The translations under genes and the position numbers were made by a program. From contig CAVUCU010000005.1 of the NCBI GenBank assembly GCA_963740085.1, positions 352,001 to 416,000 of the forward strand: DNA of 64,000 bases, written 5' to 3'. The DNA is from Nitrospirota bacterium. GTDB taxonomy: Bacteria; Nitrospirota; UBA9217. The notes below the pieces were generated by a model. That model saw only the letters and a program-made list of their open reading frames with translations. It searched no databases and was not told the origin of the DNA. Position 1 is the first letter of the stretch; the number at the start of each line of letters is the position of its first letter. Positions 1 through 10,156 of the stretch are shown here, one piece after another.

Positions 1-729
1 GGCATCCTGACCATGCTCGACCGGGCGGTGAATCTGCTCGTGGCCTTTGATTCCGATGAGCGGGAAAAGGCATTCTTCAAAAAATGGCGTTCACGCCTCA
101 GGGGCTTCGGCGAGCTGGGCTTCGCCTTTCACACGGGATTGCACTACGCCCTCAGGCCGTGGAAGTTCCGCGAGGCGCTGTATCTTCTGGACCGGAAGCG
201 CACCCTGCTGCCGGAGCTCCAACCGTCGCATCATATGCAAGAGGGAAAGATCGTGGACCGTACGGTGGTGTTCTCGCAGGCGGTCTGGAAGTTCTGGGGC
301 AACAGGCAGATGGTGATACCGGACCTGGCAACCAGCCGCGAAAAGTTCTTCGAGGCCATCCTGCGCGGCAACGAGGTGTGCAAAAAATACTTTCCGCACT
401 ATACGCTCTACTGCGTCGGCATCAAGCTCATCGGGCCGCCCGAACGCTACGAGCTTTCGTGCATCCCGCCCGACGCCGAGGGTATTGCCTACGGGTGCGA
501 GTTCGAGCCCATGCTCGAAGGCAAGACCTACAGCCGCGATCATCTGCAGTCTTTCAAGAACGAGATCTACGACATCGGCGTGGACATGGGTACGAGCTAT
601 TACCGCTTCGGCGGCATGATGAAAGGATACATTCGCAGGGTTTTCGGCGACGCCGTGGTGGACAAGCATCTTGCCATGAAGCGGAAAGTTGATCCTGCCA
701 TGGTCCTGAACCGGGATGTGATATTTTGA
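1..729 (+). CDS. FAD-linked oxidoreductase (VAO/PCMH-type), C-terminal part; 5' end outside window
   Basis: Frame is open from base 1. It ends MKRKVDPAMVLN, matching the K..DP..lN tail of FAD-linked oxidases. Stop overlaps the next start. Confidence 0.6.
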   Translation, partial: GILTMLDRAVNLLVAFDSDEREKAFFKKWRSRLRGFGELGFAFHTGLHYALRPWKFREALYLLDRKRTLLPELQPSHHMQEGKIVDRTVVFSQAVWKFWGNRQMVIPDLATSREKFFEAILRGNEVCKKYFPHYTLYCVGIKLIGPPERYELSCIPPDAEGIAYGCEFEPMLEGKTYSRDHLQSFKNEIYDIGVDMGTSYYRFGGMMKGYIRRVFGDAVVDKHLAMKRKVDPAMVLNRDVIF

Positions 730-1718
730 TACCAAAGATTAGGACATATGACGGATCCGACAGATCGGACGCCTCGACCGACCCATCGCAGTGCAACGGC
801 TGCGGCGTGTGCATGCTCTCCTGCCCTGTCTGGAACCAGCACCATACGAAGATGCTGACGTATTGCGGCAGGACCCGGGCCTCGATCGGAGGGGCAACTG
901 ATGAAGACCTCCTTGCCTCTGCCCGGGCGTGCATCCTCTGCGGTTCCTGCGAGCCCCTCTGTCCCATGGGCATTCGCACGCAGCAGGCAACGATCAGCTT
1001 GCGCAGGAAACTCTCGGCACTCGGGCTCCTTTTCAGGCCTCTTGTCCCGCATGACACACAAAGGATCGAGACCGCCAATGCCTCTCGTCTCGTTATTCCG
1101 GGAAGTCTGCTCCGGGCGAACATCCATCATGTCTCGGCAGTGCTGCAGTTGCTGGGAAAGAATGTCGGACTCTCGGGCGATGACGGATCCGACATCGTGC
1201 TGACCCTTGAGTCGGGCCAGGAAATGAACAACGCGCGCCTTGCGAGATTTATCGCACCCCTGTTCAAGGCGACCGAGGTTATTGTCGCCGATGGCCTGCT
1301 CTTCAACCTACTTCGCTCCCTGCTGCCGTCATCGGTCGTTGTCCGGACCCTGGGGCAGGCCCTGCTTGCAAACCCGAACGTGCGCGCCGGCCTCACGTCA
1401 ACCGATTTTTACATGATAGAGACGCGGGCCTACAATGCGAATCGCAGAGAATTCGTGGCATTCTATGATACGCTGCGTCAGGAGACCGGCTGTTTCATGA
1501 ACCTGGACCTTCAGCGCGTGGCGACACCAACGGGTGCGGCAAGCTATCATCACCGCGCGGGGCTGGAAAACATCGTCTCCATCGAGGCACAGGTGAGATG
1601 GTTGCTTGAAGGCCGCAACGCGCAGCGCATCGTGGTCGAGCATCCTGACGATGGGGAAGCCTTTGCCAAATATACAAAGATCCCGGTTTTCCATCTGGCA
1701 GAGGTTGTGAAGAGATGA
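726..1718 (+). CDS. 4Fe-4S dicluster protein (GlcF/HdrC-like N-terminus)
   Basis: CNGCGVCMLSCP and CILCGSCEPLCP motifs. TTG start overlaps the upstream stop. Confidence 0.75.
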   Translation: MIPKIRTYDGSDRSDASTDPSQCNGCGVCMLSCPVWNQHHTKMLTYCGRTRASIGGATDEDLLASARACILCGSCEPLCPMGIRTQQATISLRRKLSALGLLFRPLVPHDTQRIETANASRLVIPGSLLRANIHHVSAVLQLLGKNVGLSGDDGSDIVLTLESGQEMNNARLARFIAPLFKATEVIVADGLLFNLLRSLLPSSVVVRTLGQALLANPNVRAGLTSTDFYMIETRAYNANRREFVAFYDTLRQETGCFMNLDLQRVATPTGAASYHHRAGLENIVSIEAQVRWLLEGRNAQRIVVEHPDDGEAFAKYTKIPVFHLAEVVKR

Positions 1719-2932
1719 CAAACGTGAGAACAACAGACGTTCTCATCGTCGGCGCAAGCCTCGCTGCCGCGGCTGCTGCAAAACGGCTCGTTGACGCGGG
1801 ATATGAGACCATCGCCCTCGAGCGGTTCAGCCTCCCGCGCGCTAAGCCCTGCAGCGGCATCATCTCGCCGCGAGGCCACCGCTTCCTGATAGAGAATTTC
1901 GGTCCCCTGCCCCCTGAAGTGCTGCATGAGCCCACTTCCTGTAAAGGAGTGACCTTTTACTTTCCCGGCGGTGTTGAACTGCCGATGGAGTTCGACGGCG
2001 GCTCGACCCCGCACCTGAACCGCACCTATTCCGACTATTGGGCTATCCAGCGGAGCGGCGTCACCGTCCATGACAATATGCGATTTCTTTCAGCCAAGGA
2101 CGAGGGATCGCATGTCAATGTCGTCGCAAGCAACGGACAGGAGGAATCGCGCTACCGCACGCGCTATCTGATAGGCGCTGACGGCCCTAACTCCAAGGTG
2201 GTCAGCACCCTGTATCCGGAATATCGCGACAAGATCAAGTGGTTCACGGTCAAGCAGCATCTTCACGAGATCATAGACTGCCCCTTGGACCCGGAATACT
2301 TCCACTACTGGTTCCACCCCGGGCTCGGTTTCTATACCTGGAGCCACCTGCGCAACGGAAAACAGATCGTCGGTGTCGGATACGGGGCGGACGATGACCT
2401 TGCCGCACGTCACGAAAAGGCGCTGCGCTACCTGGAGGATCGCCACAAGGTGAAGCTTGGCCCGTGCGTCACGCGCGATTCGAGCGTGAACAACTTCGGC
2501 CTCTCGCTCATCAACCGCTATGTATTCGGGCGAGGCAACGTCATCGTGACCGGACAGGCGGCCGGGTTCCTGAACATGATCGCCGAGGGCATGTCTGCCG
2601 CGCTCCATTCCGGGGCCATCGCAGGCGAGGCAGCGGTGGATGCCTTCAGGCTGAACAAGCCCATCCAGGATGTCTACCGGACGATGATACAAAGCGAGGT
2701 GCGGCGCTGCTCGGACCAGTGGAACATCCTGAAGATCCTCTTTGGCCGGCCGCACGAGGCCGATTTCATGGGCACCCTTGCCAAACGCAGCCGGCGGGAG
2801 AAGCTCATCGTGTTGAAGGACACAGCAAAGTTCCTCGCGCCCTGGGGAAAATATAATTGGGGACGTCAGATGCTCTGGCAGGCGATCACACGGCAAATAA
2901 CGGGCGGATACAATCCACGTCGGTGGCTATGA
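1715..2932 (+). CDS. Geranylgeranyl-reductase-family FAD-dependent oxidoreductase
   Basis: DVLIVGASLAAAAAA Rossmann motif, R.KPCSG, LIGADGPNS and GQAAGFLNMIAEGMSAALHSG. Confidence 0.8.
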   Translation: MTNVRTTDVLIVGASLAAAAAAKRLVDAGYETIALERFSLPRAKPCSGIISPRGHRFLIENFGPLPPEVLHEPTSCKGVTFYFPGGVELPMEFDGGSTPHLNRTYSDYWAIQRSGVTVHDNMRFLSAKDEGSHVNVVASNGQEESRYRTRYLIGADGPNSKVVSTLYPEYRDKIKWFTVKQHLHEIIDCPLDPEYFHYWFHPGLGFYTWSHLRNGKQIVGVGYGADDDLAARHEKALRYLEDRHKVKLGPCVTRDSSVNNFGLSLINRYVFGRGNVIVTGQAAGFLNMIAEGMSAALHSGAIAGEAAVDAFRLNKPIQDVYRTMIQSEVRRCSDQWNILKILFGRPHEADFMGTLAKRSRREKLIVLKDTAKFLAPWGKYNWGRQMLWQAITRQITGGYNPRRWL

Positions 2933-3167
2933 GACTATTTTGTGTTATTGGTTTTTCGTGTTGCTCCCGGGACTTCTTACGACGTCTTCAGACCCGACAT
3001 ATTCAACAAGGTTGCCGTAAATTTCAATTCTGCTGGGCTCTGCATTGATTTCCTCACTATCATGGATCTAGAGTCTTGAGTTACGTCTTGTCTTTTGATA
3101 TTGTCCCTGCTCAGTCAATATACAAGACGTGATGATCATATGAACCGAGAAACGGCAGTTGATCTCT

Positions 3168-3294
3168 TTAGCCGCAAAAGAACGCATAGAAAATAAAAAA
3201 CTTAAAGCTAACATTAGCTCACCGTCTGGGTGATGAGCTTTTACGAAACAACCTCTTGCTTTTCTTTGAGATCTCTGCGTTCTCTTGCGGCCAA
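3168..3294. repeat. Intergenic imperfect palindrome, 9-bp periodic arms
   Basis: Left arm TTAGCCGCAAAAGAACGCATAGA; reverse complement of right arm TTGGCCGCAAGAGAACGCAGAGA. Confidence 0.8.
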
Positions 3295-3505
3295 CTGCTC
3301 TTTTTAGGATGAAGGCGCCCCGGCATACCCTATCTGTTCTGACGTCTGCCAGGGCAGGCGGCAAGTCCGGAGAGATTGTCAGCCGGCCTTTTCATGAACA
3401 CGGTTATGCGCTATCTCAATAATTACAGAAGCAGGCCTGCCTCCCCTGCGCCTCCTGCATTTGCCGTTGATCTGCGCTATACTTGTCTGCAAAGGCGGAA
3501 ATGAC

Positions 3506-4456
3506 ATGGCCAAAAACAGCCTGGATGTGCTTCAGACAATATTTTCGGGAGATCTCTTCGTGATCAGCGGCACCCCGATCACGCTTCTCGGTCTCGTTCA
3601 AGTAGCTTTTATCATCGCGGCCGCGTGGTGGGTATCGAGGCTTACGCGCCGCGGCCTGCAGCGCGTAGCGCACTACCGGACCGGCGTCAGGCCGTCGTCC
3701 CTCTATGCCCTCGGACGGGTGCTGCACTATGTCATCGTTCTGATAGGACTCCTCATCGGTCTGTCGACGCTGGGCTTCAGCTTTAAAAATTTTGCGATCG
3801 TGGCCGGAGCGCTCGGCATAGGCATCGGTTTCGGCCTCCAATCCATGGTCAACAACTTCGTCGCCGGCCTGATCCTCCTGTTCGAAAAGAGCCTCAAGGT
3901 GGACGATTTCGTCGAGCTCGAATCGGGTGTCGTGGGTCGGGTGCGGGAGATCAACTTTCGCAGCACCCGCGTCACGACCAACGACAATATTGACATCCTC
4001 GTTCCGAATTCAGAGTTCGTGAACGGACGGTTGACCAACTGGACCTTGGACGAAGAATATCGCCGCATCCACGTTCCCTTCGGTGTGGCCTACGGGATGA
4101 ACAAGGAACAGGTCCGCAAGGCCGGGCTCGAAGCCGCGGCGGCAGTGCCCCATACCCTCTCCGGCGTCCCGCAGCGCGAACCCCAGGTCTGGTTCGTCGG
4201 CTTCGGCGACAGCAGCCTCAACTTCGAGCTGGTCGTCTGGCTTACCCCGCCTGCGGTGAAACTGCCGTCCGCGGTCGTGGCCGACTATCTCTGGGAGATC
4301 CACAGCGCCCTTGAAAAGTACGAGATCGAGGTCCCTTTCCCGCAGCGGGACATTCACCTGAAAAGCTTCTTCGGCGCAAAGGGCGGTCAGGCCCGGGCCT
4401 TCTTCACGCAAGGCGGCGAAAGACCGGCGACGGAGATGCCGGGAGACGAACGATAG
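3506..4456 (+). CDS. mscS: Small-conductance mechanosensitive channel MscS family
   Basis: GALGIGIGFGLQSMVNNFVAGLILL, VPNS and IEVPFPQRD motifs. ATG 3506 chosen as start. Confidence 0.9.
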   Translation: MAKNSLDVLQTIFSGDLFVISGTPITLLGLVQVAFIIAAAWWVSRLTRRGLQRVAHYRTGVRPSSLYALGRVLHYVIVLIGLLIGLSTLGFSFKNFAIVAGALGIGIGFGLQSMVNNFVAGLILLFEKSLKVDDFVELESGVVGRVREINFRSTRVTTNDNIDILVPNSEFVNGRLTNWTLDEEYRRIHVPFGVAYGMNKEQVRKAGLEAAAAVPHTLSGVPQREPQVWFVGFGDSSLNFELVVWLTPPAVKLPSAVVADYLWEIHSALEKYEIEVPFPQRDIHLKSFFGAKGGQARAFFTQGGERPATEMPGDER

Positions 4457-4531
4457 CAACCCGAAGGCCGCCCGCAGAAATCCTGTATGACCGATGTTAC
4501 CCAAACGGAACCAGAGCAAACAACATTGAGA

Positions 4532-4717
4532 CCGGCCGCATGAAGCCGACTTCATGGGCACCCTCGCCAGGCGCCCTCTGCGCGACAAGCTTATTGTGCT
4601 GAAGGACACGGCGAGGTTCCTTGCGCCCCGGGAAAATATAATTGGGGACGTCAGATGCTCTGGCAGGCGATCACAAGGCAGGTAACGGGCGGATATAATC
4701 CCCGGCGGTGGCTATAA
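4532..4717 (+). pseudogene. Diverged, frameshifted copy of the last 187 bp of the GGR-family gene (2746-2932)
   Basis: Manual alignment gives about 85% identity, mostly synonymous changes, and one 1-bp deletion. It ends at the equivalent stop codon. Confidence 0.9.
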
Positions 4718-4968
4718 GAGAGAGGAGCGGGTTTTCGCGACCCTCGCGACGCGCAAGGTTGAATTCACTTCTTTGTTTTTCTGTTACTTGCAAGATTGAG
4801 CAAAGCATCAGGATGTTTTTCCGCAACTTGCAGTAATATGCGCGCCGGCCGGCACGGAATAATTTACGTTAAGCCTTTCCTCTCTCATTTTGCCGCTGCA
4901 CAACGTTAATGATAAGCCGCATCAAACTCCTCGGGATATTCGATCAGCGCCTTCGTATCAAGCTTGCA

Positions 4969-6411
4969 TCAGCTATTTATTAATTCGGAAGGCTGTTGCA
5001 TATCTGTTCCTTTCAAATATACCGATAAGACCGTTCCCTCGCCCTCCTCGCTTTTAATTTCTATTTTGCCTCCATGAATCCTGGCTATCTCCCGGCAGAT
5101 GCTGAGTCCCAATCCACTGCCATCGATCTCTTTAGAACGGGAATGATCTGCCCGGTAAAAACGTTCGAACACTTTGTCCAGCGCATCAGCGGGTATGCCG
5201 ATCCCGGTATCACTTATTTCGCATACAATGAATTCCGGTTCCTCCCTGGCGGAAATATGCACCTGGCCTTGGGGGACGTTGTATTTAATGGCATTGTCCA
5301 GGAGATTGGTAAACAGTTCCAGCAGATATTCTCGGTCTCCCCGGACCAATAATGAAGCCAGTACTTGCGAGGTTTCTATGCGGACCCCTTTCTGCTCGGC
5401 AAGATGACCAAGCAGCTTTACCACATCGTTTATGAGTGTTTTGACATTAATGGATTCAAACTTCAATGCAACTTTATCTGCACTAAAGCGGGTCAAGGTA
5501 AGAAGTTTTCGGACTGTTGATGACATCGTTTGTGCCGCTTGTACGATAGCACGCAGACTGCTTTTGTATTCTTCCGCGGTTCTTTCTTTTCGGAGCGTAA
5601 TCTCGCCCTGACTCAGAATGACCGAGAGCGGCGTCCTGAGCTCATGGGAAGCGTCCGCTGCAAACCGTTTCTGCCGGTTAAACGCTTCTTCCATTCTGTT
5701 GAACGTTCGGTTGAAAGAAGCGGCAAGAATTTTCAACTCACGAGGAACGCCCTGCAGGGAAACTCGCCTCGTGAGGTCCTGCTCTGATATCCTGTCGATG
5801 GTCTGTGAAATATCCAGCACGGGAGCAAGTGCTTTCTTGGCGATAATAAAGCCGCCTAATGCTGATAGAAGCATGACAAAAAAAACAGCGCCGGCCAGGA
5901 TGGTACGAAAGTCTTCAAGAAAATCCAATTCGAATCCAATATCCTCACCGCACTGAACGACCAGCCCATGCATGCGCCTCTTTTCTGCATTTTCCCTCTG
6001 TCCCCCTGAACCGTTTATGAAATTAACGAGTCGCACAGTCCGGCCGTCCATGCGGATCGTTGAAATATGCGTGCGTGAATCGTTTTCGGGTGGGGGGGGC
6101 AGCTCCATCTCGCCCAACGAAGCCGATTTTGCCATGGTCGTCCCGTCTGCGCGACGCACTTGGAAGAAACTCCCTGACCTCGGTGAACGGTATTCCCACA
6201 TGATCTCATCGGACAAATTGAAGTCGCTTTCATTGCTGTCAATATCGATAAGCGATGCAATCGCCTTGGCTCTGGCAAGCAGACCTGCGTCAAGGGATTT
6301 ATACACGATTTTGTTGAGGCTGAAATAAAGGAATATCCCCAGTACGGAGAGAACGACAAATAAAACGGTAATGTAGTATAAAATGATTTTTGCCTTGATC
6401 GATGAAAGCAT
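4969..6411 (-). CDS. Sensor histidine kinase (CusS/CzcS-like; HAMP-HisKA-HATPase)
   Basis: FAADASHELRTPL H-box, NLLDNAIKY, DTGIGI and GSGLGL; two TM helices. Confidence 0.93.
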   Translation of the reverse strand: MLSSIKAKIILYYITVLFVVLSVLGIFLYFSLNKIVYKSLDAGLLARAKAIASLIDIDSNESDFNLSDEIMWEYRSPRSGSFFQVRRADGTTMAKSASLGEMELPPPPENDSRTHISTIRMDGRTVRLVNFINGSGGQRENAEKRRMHGLVVQCGEDIGFELDFLEDFRTILAGAVFFVMLLSALGGFIIAKKALAPVLDISQTIDRISEQDLTRRVSLQGVPRELKILAASFNRTFNRMEEAFNRQKRFAADASHELRTPLSVILSQGEITLRKERTAEEYKSSLRAIVQAAQTMSSTVRKLLTLTRFSADKVALKFESINVKTLINDVVKLLGHLAEQKGVRIETSQVLASLLVRGDREYLLELFTNLLDNAIKYNVPQGQVHISAREEPEFIVCEISDTGIGIPADALDKVFERFYRADHSRSKEIDGSGLGLSICREIARIHGGKIEIKSEEGEGTVLSVYLKGTDMQQPSELINS

Positions 6412-6412
6412 G

Positions 6413-7081
6413 TTAGCCCCTCAGCATATAACCAGCGCCACGCATAGTAAGAATGAGTTTTTCATCAAATCCCCGATCTATTTTGTTCCTGAGGCGGTTA
6501 ATGAAGACATCAATGACGTTGCTGTCAAGATCAAAGTCCTGATTATAAAGATGTTCCGTCAAGGCTGTCCTGCTCAGGACGGTATTCCTATTGACAACCA
6601 TATATTCAAGAAGTGCGTATTCCTTCGCTGAGAGAGCAACACTCTTTCCCCCTCTCTTGACTTCATGGGTCGCCGTGTCAAGAGCCAGGTCCTTGATCGC
6701 GATAATGGACGTTAGCACCTCTGGTTTTCGTCTCAGCAATACCCTCATGCGCGCAAGCAGCTCTTCAAAGGAAAAAGGTTTCGTCAGATAATCATCAGCG
6801 CCGCTGTCCAAACCGGACACCTTGTCCGCTATGGCATCCCTGGCAGTCAGCATGAGGACCGGGGTCTTGATCCCTGCCTTGCGGATGTTTTTCAGGATGG
6901 TCACGCCATCGACGATAGGCAGCATGATATCCAGGATCATAAGGTCCGAAGGCTCATTTTCAGCCAGATACCGGCCGTCTTCTCCATTGTATGCGACATC
7001 AACGGCATAGCCTTCTTCCTCAAGACCCTTTTTCAGAATGTCGGCGAGGGGTTTTTCATCCTCCACGATCAGTATGCGCAT
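6413..7081 (-). CDS. OmpR-family response regulator (CusR/CzcR-like)
   Basis: MRILIVEDE, LDIMLP, GADDYLTKPF and a winged-helix C-terminus. Confidence 0.95.
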   Translation of the reverse strand: MRILIVEDEKPLADILKKGLEEEGYAVDVAYNGEDGRYLAENEPSDLMILDIMLPIVDGVTILKNIRKAGIKTPVLMLTARDAIADKVSGLDSGADDYLTKPFSFEELLARMRVLLRRKPEVLTSIIAIKDLALDTATHEVKRGGKSVALSAKEYALLEYMVVNRNTVLSRTALTEHLYNQDFDLDSNVIDVFINRLRNKIDRGFDEKLILTMRGAGYMLRG

Positions 7082-7087
7082 GATTTC

Positions 7088-10000
7088 TTACCCATCCCTG
7101 TCCGGCCCGCTTTCTCTGCGTTGCGCCGGTGATAATAGATAATATAGCGACGGCAGGACAATAAGCGCAAGTGGGATCTGGACCAGCAATCCTGCAATAA
7201 TCGCGACGGCAAGCGGCTGTTGCATGGCGGCCCCTTGGCCCAGGGCCAGCGCCAGAGGCAGAAGAGTCAGAATAGCCACAAATGTCGTCATAATAATCGG
7301 CCTCATGCGGTTTTTTCCCGCCTCTATCAATGCGGGAAGCATGTCCATGGTTCGCGCGAGATCGCTATATTCAGAGAAATAAAATATGGCGACTTCGGTG
7401 ACGATTCCGACGATCATGGTCATTCCCATCATTGCGGAGATATTGAGCTCAATGCCGGTCACCCATAGTCCGATGAACACCGCCGACAGGGACAGGAGAG
7501 GGATCACCATGATCGCCAGAACGATCCGAAATCGCTCGTACAAAAAAAGGAGAAGAAGGAAAACCAGCACCAGGGCAGCAATAAACACGGCGATGAGGCC
7601 GCGGAACGCGATCTGCTGCTGCTTGTACATTCCCCCAAGCTCGAAGTAAACGCCTTGCGGCACTAATCCGGGGCGCGCCATCAGCTTTCGCACGTCCTGG
7701 ATGACCGAGCCGAGGTCACGTCCGGTGATGCGGGCTGTTACCGCGGTCATCCTCTTCAGGTTTTCACTGGTAATTTCGGGCTGGCCAATGACCGCCGTTA
7801 CGCTTGCCACCCGTCGCAAGGGGAACATATGCCCGTCAGGGGCGCGCATCACGAGTGCCCCGATTTCTTTTTCAGTGGCGCGCAAATCAGGCGAGATCCA
7901 GACTCGTACGCCGACCATTTTGACTCCTTCCTGCACCTGGGTGGTGACCGACCCGGACAGGTAGTCATTCAGCATGCGGGTAACTGCATCGGGATCGACC
8001 CCTTCCAAAGCGGCCTTGGTACGGTCCACCTGAACATCCAGCGCATCCCCCGCAAGTACGATCCCGTTGCGGACATCCACCACGCCGCGTATACTGCTGA
8101 CCGCATCCGCAACATTCCGGCTCGCGGTTGCGAGTTGAGTTTGTTCGTCCGAGTACAGCTTTATCTCGATGGGTTGCGGCACTGAGGTCAGATCGCCGAT
8201 GAGATCTTCCATGAGCTTGGCGAGTTCGATCTTTATTCCGGGCACTTCAAGCTCGACTTTGTTCCTGATCTCGTCCATGACTTCATCGATGGGCCGCCGC
8301 GGCAATGGTTTCAGACGGATGAAAAAATCGCCCTGGTTTGCTTCCGTCAATGCGCCGCCGAGCTGCGTGCCGGTACGGCGTGAATAGGTAAGAACCTCAG
8401 GGGTAGCCTTGACGATTTCCCCCATCTGGCGAAGCAGACGGTCGGTTTCGGTGAGGGCGGTGCCGGGCGGAGTGACATAGTCGAGGATGAAGCCGCCTTC
8501 ATCCATCGACGGCATGAAACCGGAACCGACCTGCCGGTAACCGATGTATCCCACCAAAAGAAGCGGCACTATCCCTACCAGGATCAAAACGGGCTTCTGC
8601 AATACCCGCCTCATGAGCCACTCGTATGCCCGATGAGAACGGTCTCGGAACGGACCGCCCTCGTTCTCTTCCGCTTCTTTTCTTCCGAGCAGATGATCGG
8701 CGAGAAGGGGGATGGCGAGCCAGGTGATGAGAAATGAGATGATCAGCGCGGCCGCCATGGTGAGCGAGAGCGCCTTGAAAAAGGCGCCCGTTACCCCGCT
8801 CAGGAACGCCAGCGGAAGGAAGATGATGATCGTGGCCGACGAGGAGCCCGCAAGAGGCTGAGCAAACTCACGTGCCGCCGCCATTACGCGGCCCTCATGA
8901 TTTTCCCTGCTGCCGCGCAGGCGACGCATGATGTGTTCGACCATCACGACGACGTCGTCGATGATCAGGCCGACGGCTGCCGCCATGCCGCCCAGCGTCA
9001 TGATATTGAAGCTCATGTTGAACGCGTACAGCAGGACGACCGTGGCCGCCAGGACCGTCGGAACGACGATGATGGCGATGATGGTGATTTTCAGATTGCG
9101 CAGGAACAGGAACAACACCACTGCGCCGAGGAGCACCCCGATGATGATCGCGTCGCGCACGCTGGTCGCGGATGCGATGATGAGCTCGCTCTGGTCATAC
9201 CAGTTGCTGATTCGGACCCCTTCAGGCAGCTGGGGCTGAAAGGCGCCAAGTTTCGCCTTGATGTCCCTGGCGATCTGGACGGTATTGCCGCCCGGCTGTT
9301 GATATACCTGAATCAGTACCGAATCATGCCCGTCCGCGGTCACGCGTTGCCACTGCGGAACGATATCACGCTGTACTGTTGCAACCTCCTCGAGGCGGAC
9401 GATGCCGTTCGGCCCGCTGCGCATAACGGTACTGAGGATCTGGTCAAGGCCGGAAAGCCGCGTGTCCGACATAACGAGATAGAGTTTGTAATGGTCCTCC
9501 ATGCGCCCCACGGCCGTGATCACATTGGCTGCCGAGAGTGTTTGCGCCACGTCGTTCAAAGTCAGTCCGTAGGTTTGCAGACGGGCCGGGTCCACCGTAA
9601 CACGGTATTCCTCCAGGTTGCCCCCGAGGACCTGTACCCGTGATATGCCGTTGACACTGGACAGCAGGGGAACCAGTTTGTATTGAGCGAGGTCGCGCAG
9701 CTCAACGAGGGAACGGCTGTCGGATGTCAGGCTGTAGGCCAGGACCGGAAACACCGTCGGGTCCATACGCTTGACCTGAAACACCGTTCCCGGCGGCAGC
9801 TGGGGCATCGCCCGGCTGACCGCAGACTCGACCTGCAGCTGCGAGGCAACCATATCGACGCCCCAGTCGAAATCAACTGATATATCGGCACTGCCGCGGC
9901 TGCTGGTAGAGCGCACCGAGATGACGCCTGGCACCGAACGGACAGCTTCTTCTACGGGCCGCGTCACTTGAAGTTCCATCAATTCCGCGTCCCGGTCTCC

Positions 10001-10156
10001 CGCATCCATCGATATCATGACCCGGGGGAAATCGACATTCGGAAAAAGGGCAACCGGCAGCTTGAACGCAATCACCGCGCCTGCCGCAGCAAGGATCAGA
10101 ACAAAGAAGAGGATCGAGCGGCGATGCGCCTGTACCCAGAATGAAAAGGTGCTCAT
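7088..10156 (-). CDS. RND efflux permease (CusA/CzcA/AcrB superfamily)
   Basis: 1022 aa. GLIIDDVVVMVE in TM4, GIVTEVAI with Glu in TM10 as in metal-type RNDs, RMRPIIMT. Confidence 0.93.
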   Translation of the reverse strand: MSTFSFWVQAHRRSILFFVLILAAAGAVIAFKLPVALFPNVDFPRVMISMDAGDRDAELMELQVTRPVEEAVRSVPGVISVRSTSSRGSADISVDFDWGVDMVASQLQVESAVSRAMPQLPPGTVFQVKRMDPTVFPVLAYSLTSDSRSLVELRDLAQYKLVPLLSSVNGISRVQVLGGNLEEYRVTVDPARLQTYGLTLNDVAQTLSAANVITAVGRMEDHYKLYLVMSDTRLSGLDQILSTVMRSGPNGIVRLEEVATVQRDIVPQWQRVTADGHDSVLIQVYQQPGGNTVQIARDIKAKLGAFQPQLPEGVRISNWYDQSELIIASATSVRDAIIIGVLLGAVVLFLFLRNLKITIIAIIVVPTVLAATVVLLYAFNMSFNIMTLGGMAAAVGLIIDDVVVMVEHIMRRLRGSRENHEGRVMAAAREFAQPLAGSSSATIIIFLPLAFLSGVTGAFFKALSLTMAAALIISFLITWLAIPLLADHLLGRKEAEENEGGPFRDRSHRAYEWLMRRVLQKPVLILVGIVPLLLVGYIGYRQVGSGFMPSMDEGGFILDYVTPPGTALTETDRLLRQMGEIVKATPEVLTYSRRTGTQLGGALTEANQGDFFIRLKPLPRRPIDEVMDEIRNKVELEVPGIKIELAKLMEDLIGDLTSVPQPIEIKLYSDEQTQLATASRNVADAVSSIRGVVDVRNGIVLAGDALDVQVDRTKAALEGVDPDAVTRMLNDYLSGSVTTQVQEGVKMVGVRVWISPDLRATEKEIGALVMRAPDGHMFPLRRVASVTAVIGQPEITSENLKRMTAVTARITGRDLGSVIQDVRKLMARPGLVPQGVYFELGGMYKQQQIAFRGLIAVFIAALVLVFLLLLFLYERFRIVLAIMVIPLLSLSAVFIGLWVTGIELNISAMMGMTMIVGIVTEVAIFYFSEYSDLARTMDMLPALIEAGKNRMRPIIMTTFVAILTLLPLALALGQGAAMQQPLAVAIIAGLLVQIPLALIVLPSLYYLLSPAQRRESGPDRDG

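Noticed and set aside
3300-3400. Possible riboswitch (cobalamin-like) upstream of mscS
   Set aside because: GC-rich and potentially structured, but I could not identify the conserved B12-box or other aptamer cores. An Rfam search would be needed.
4906-4968. In-frame peptide CKLDTKALIEYPEEFDAAYH after the histidine kinase stop
   Set aside because: It looks coding-like and could be another 3' remnant, but 20 codons with no recognisable family is within chance.
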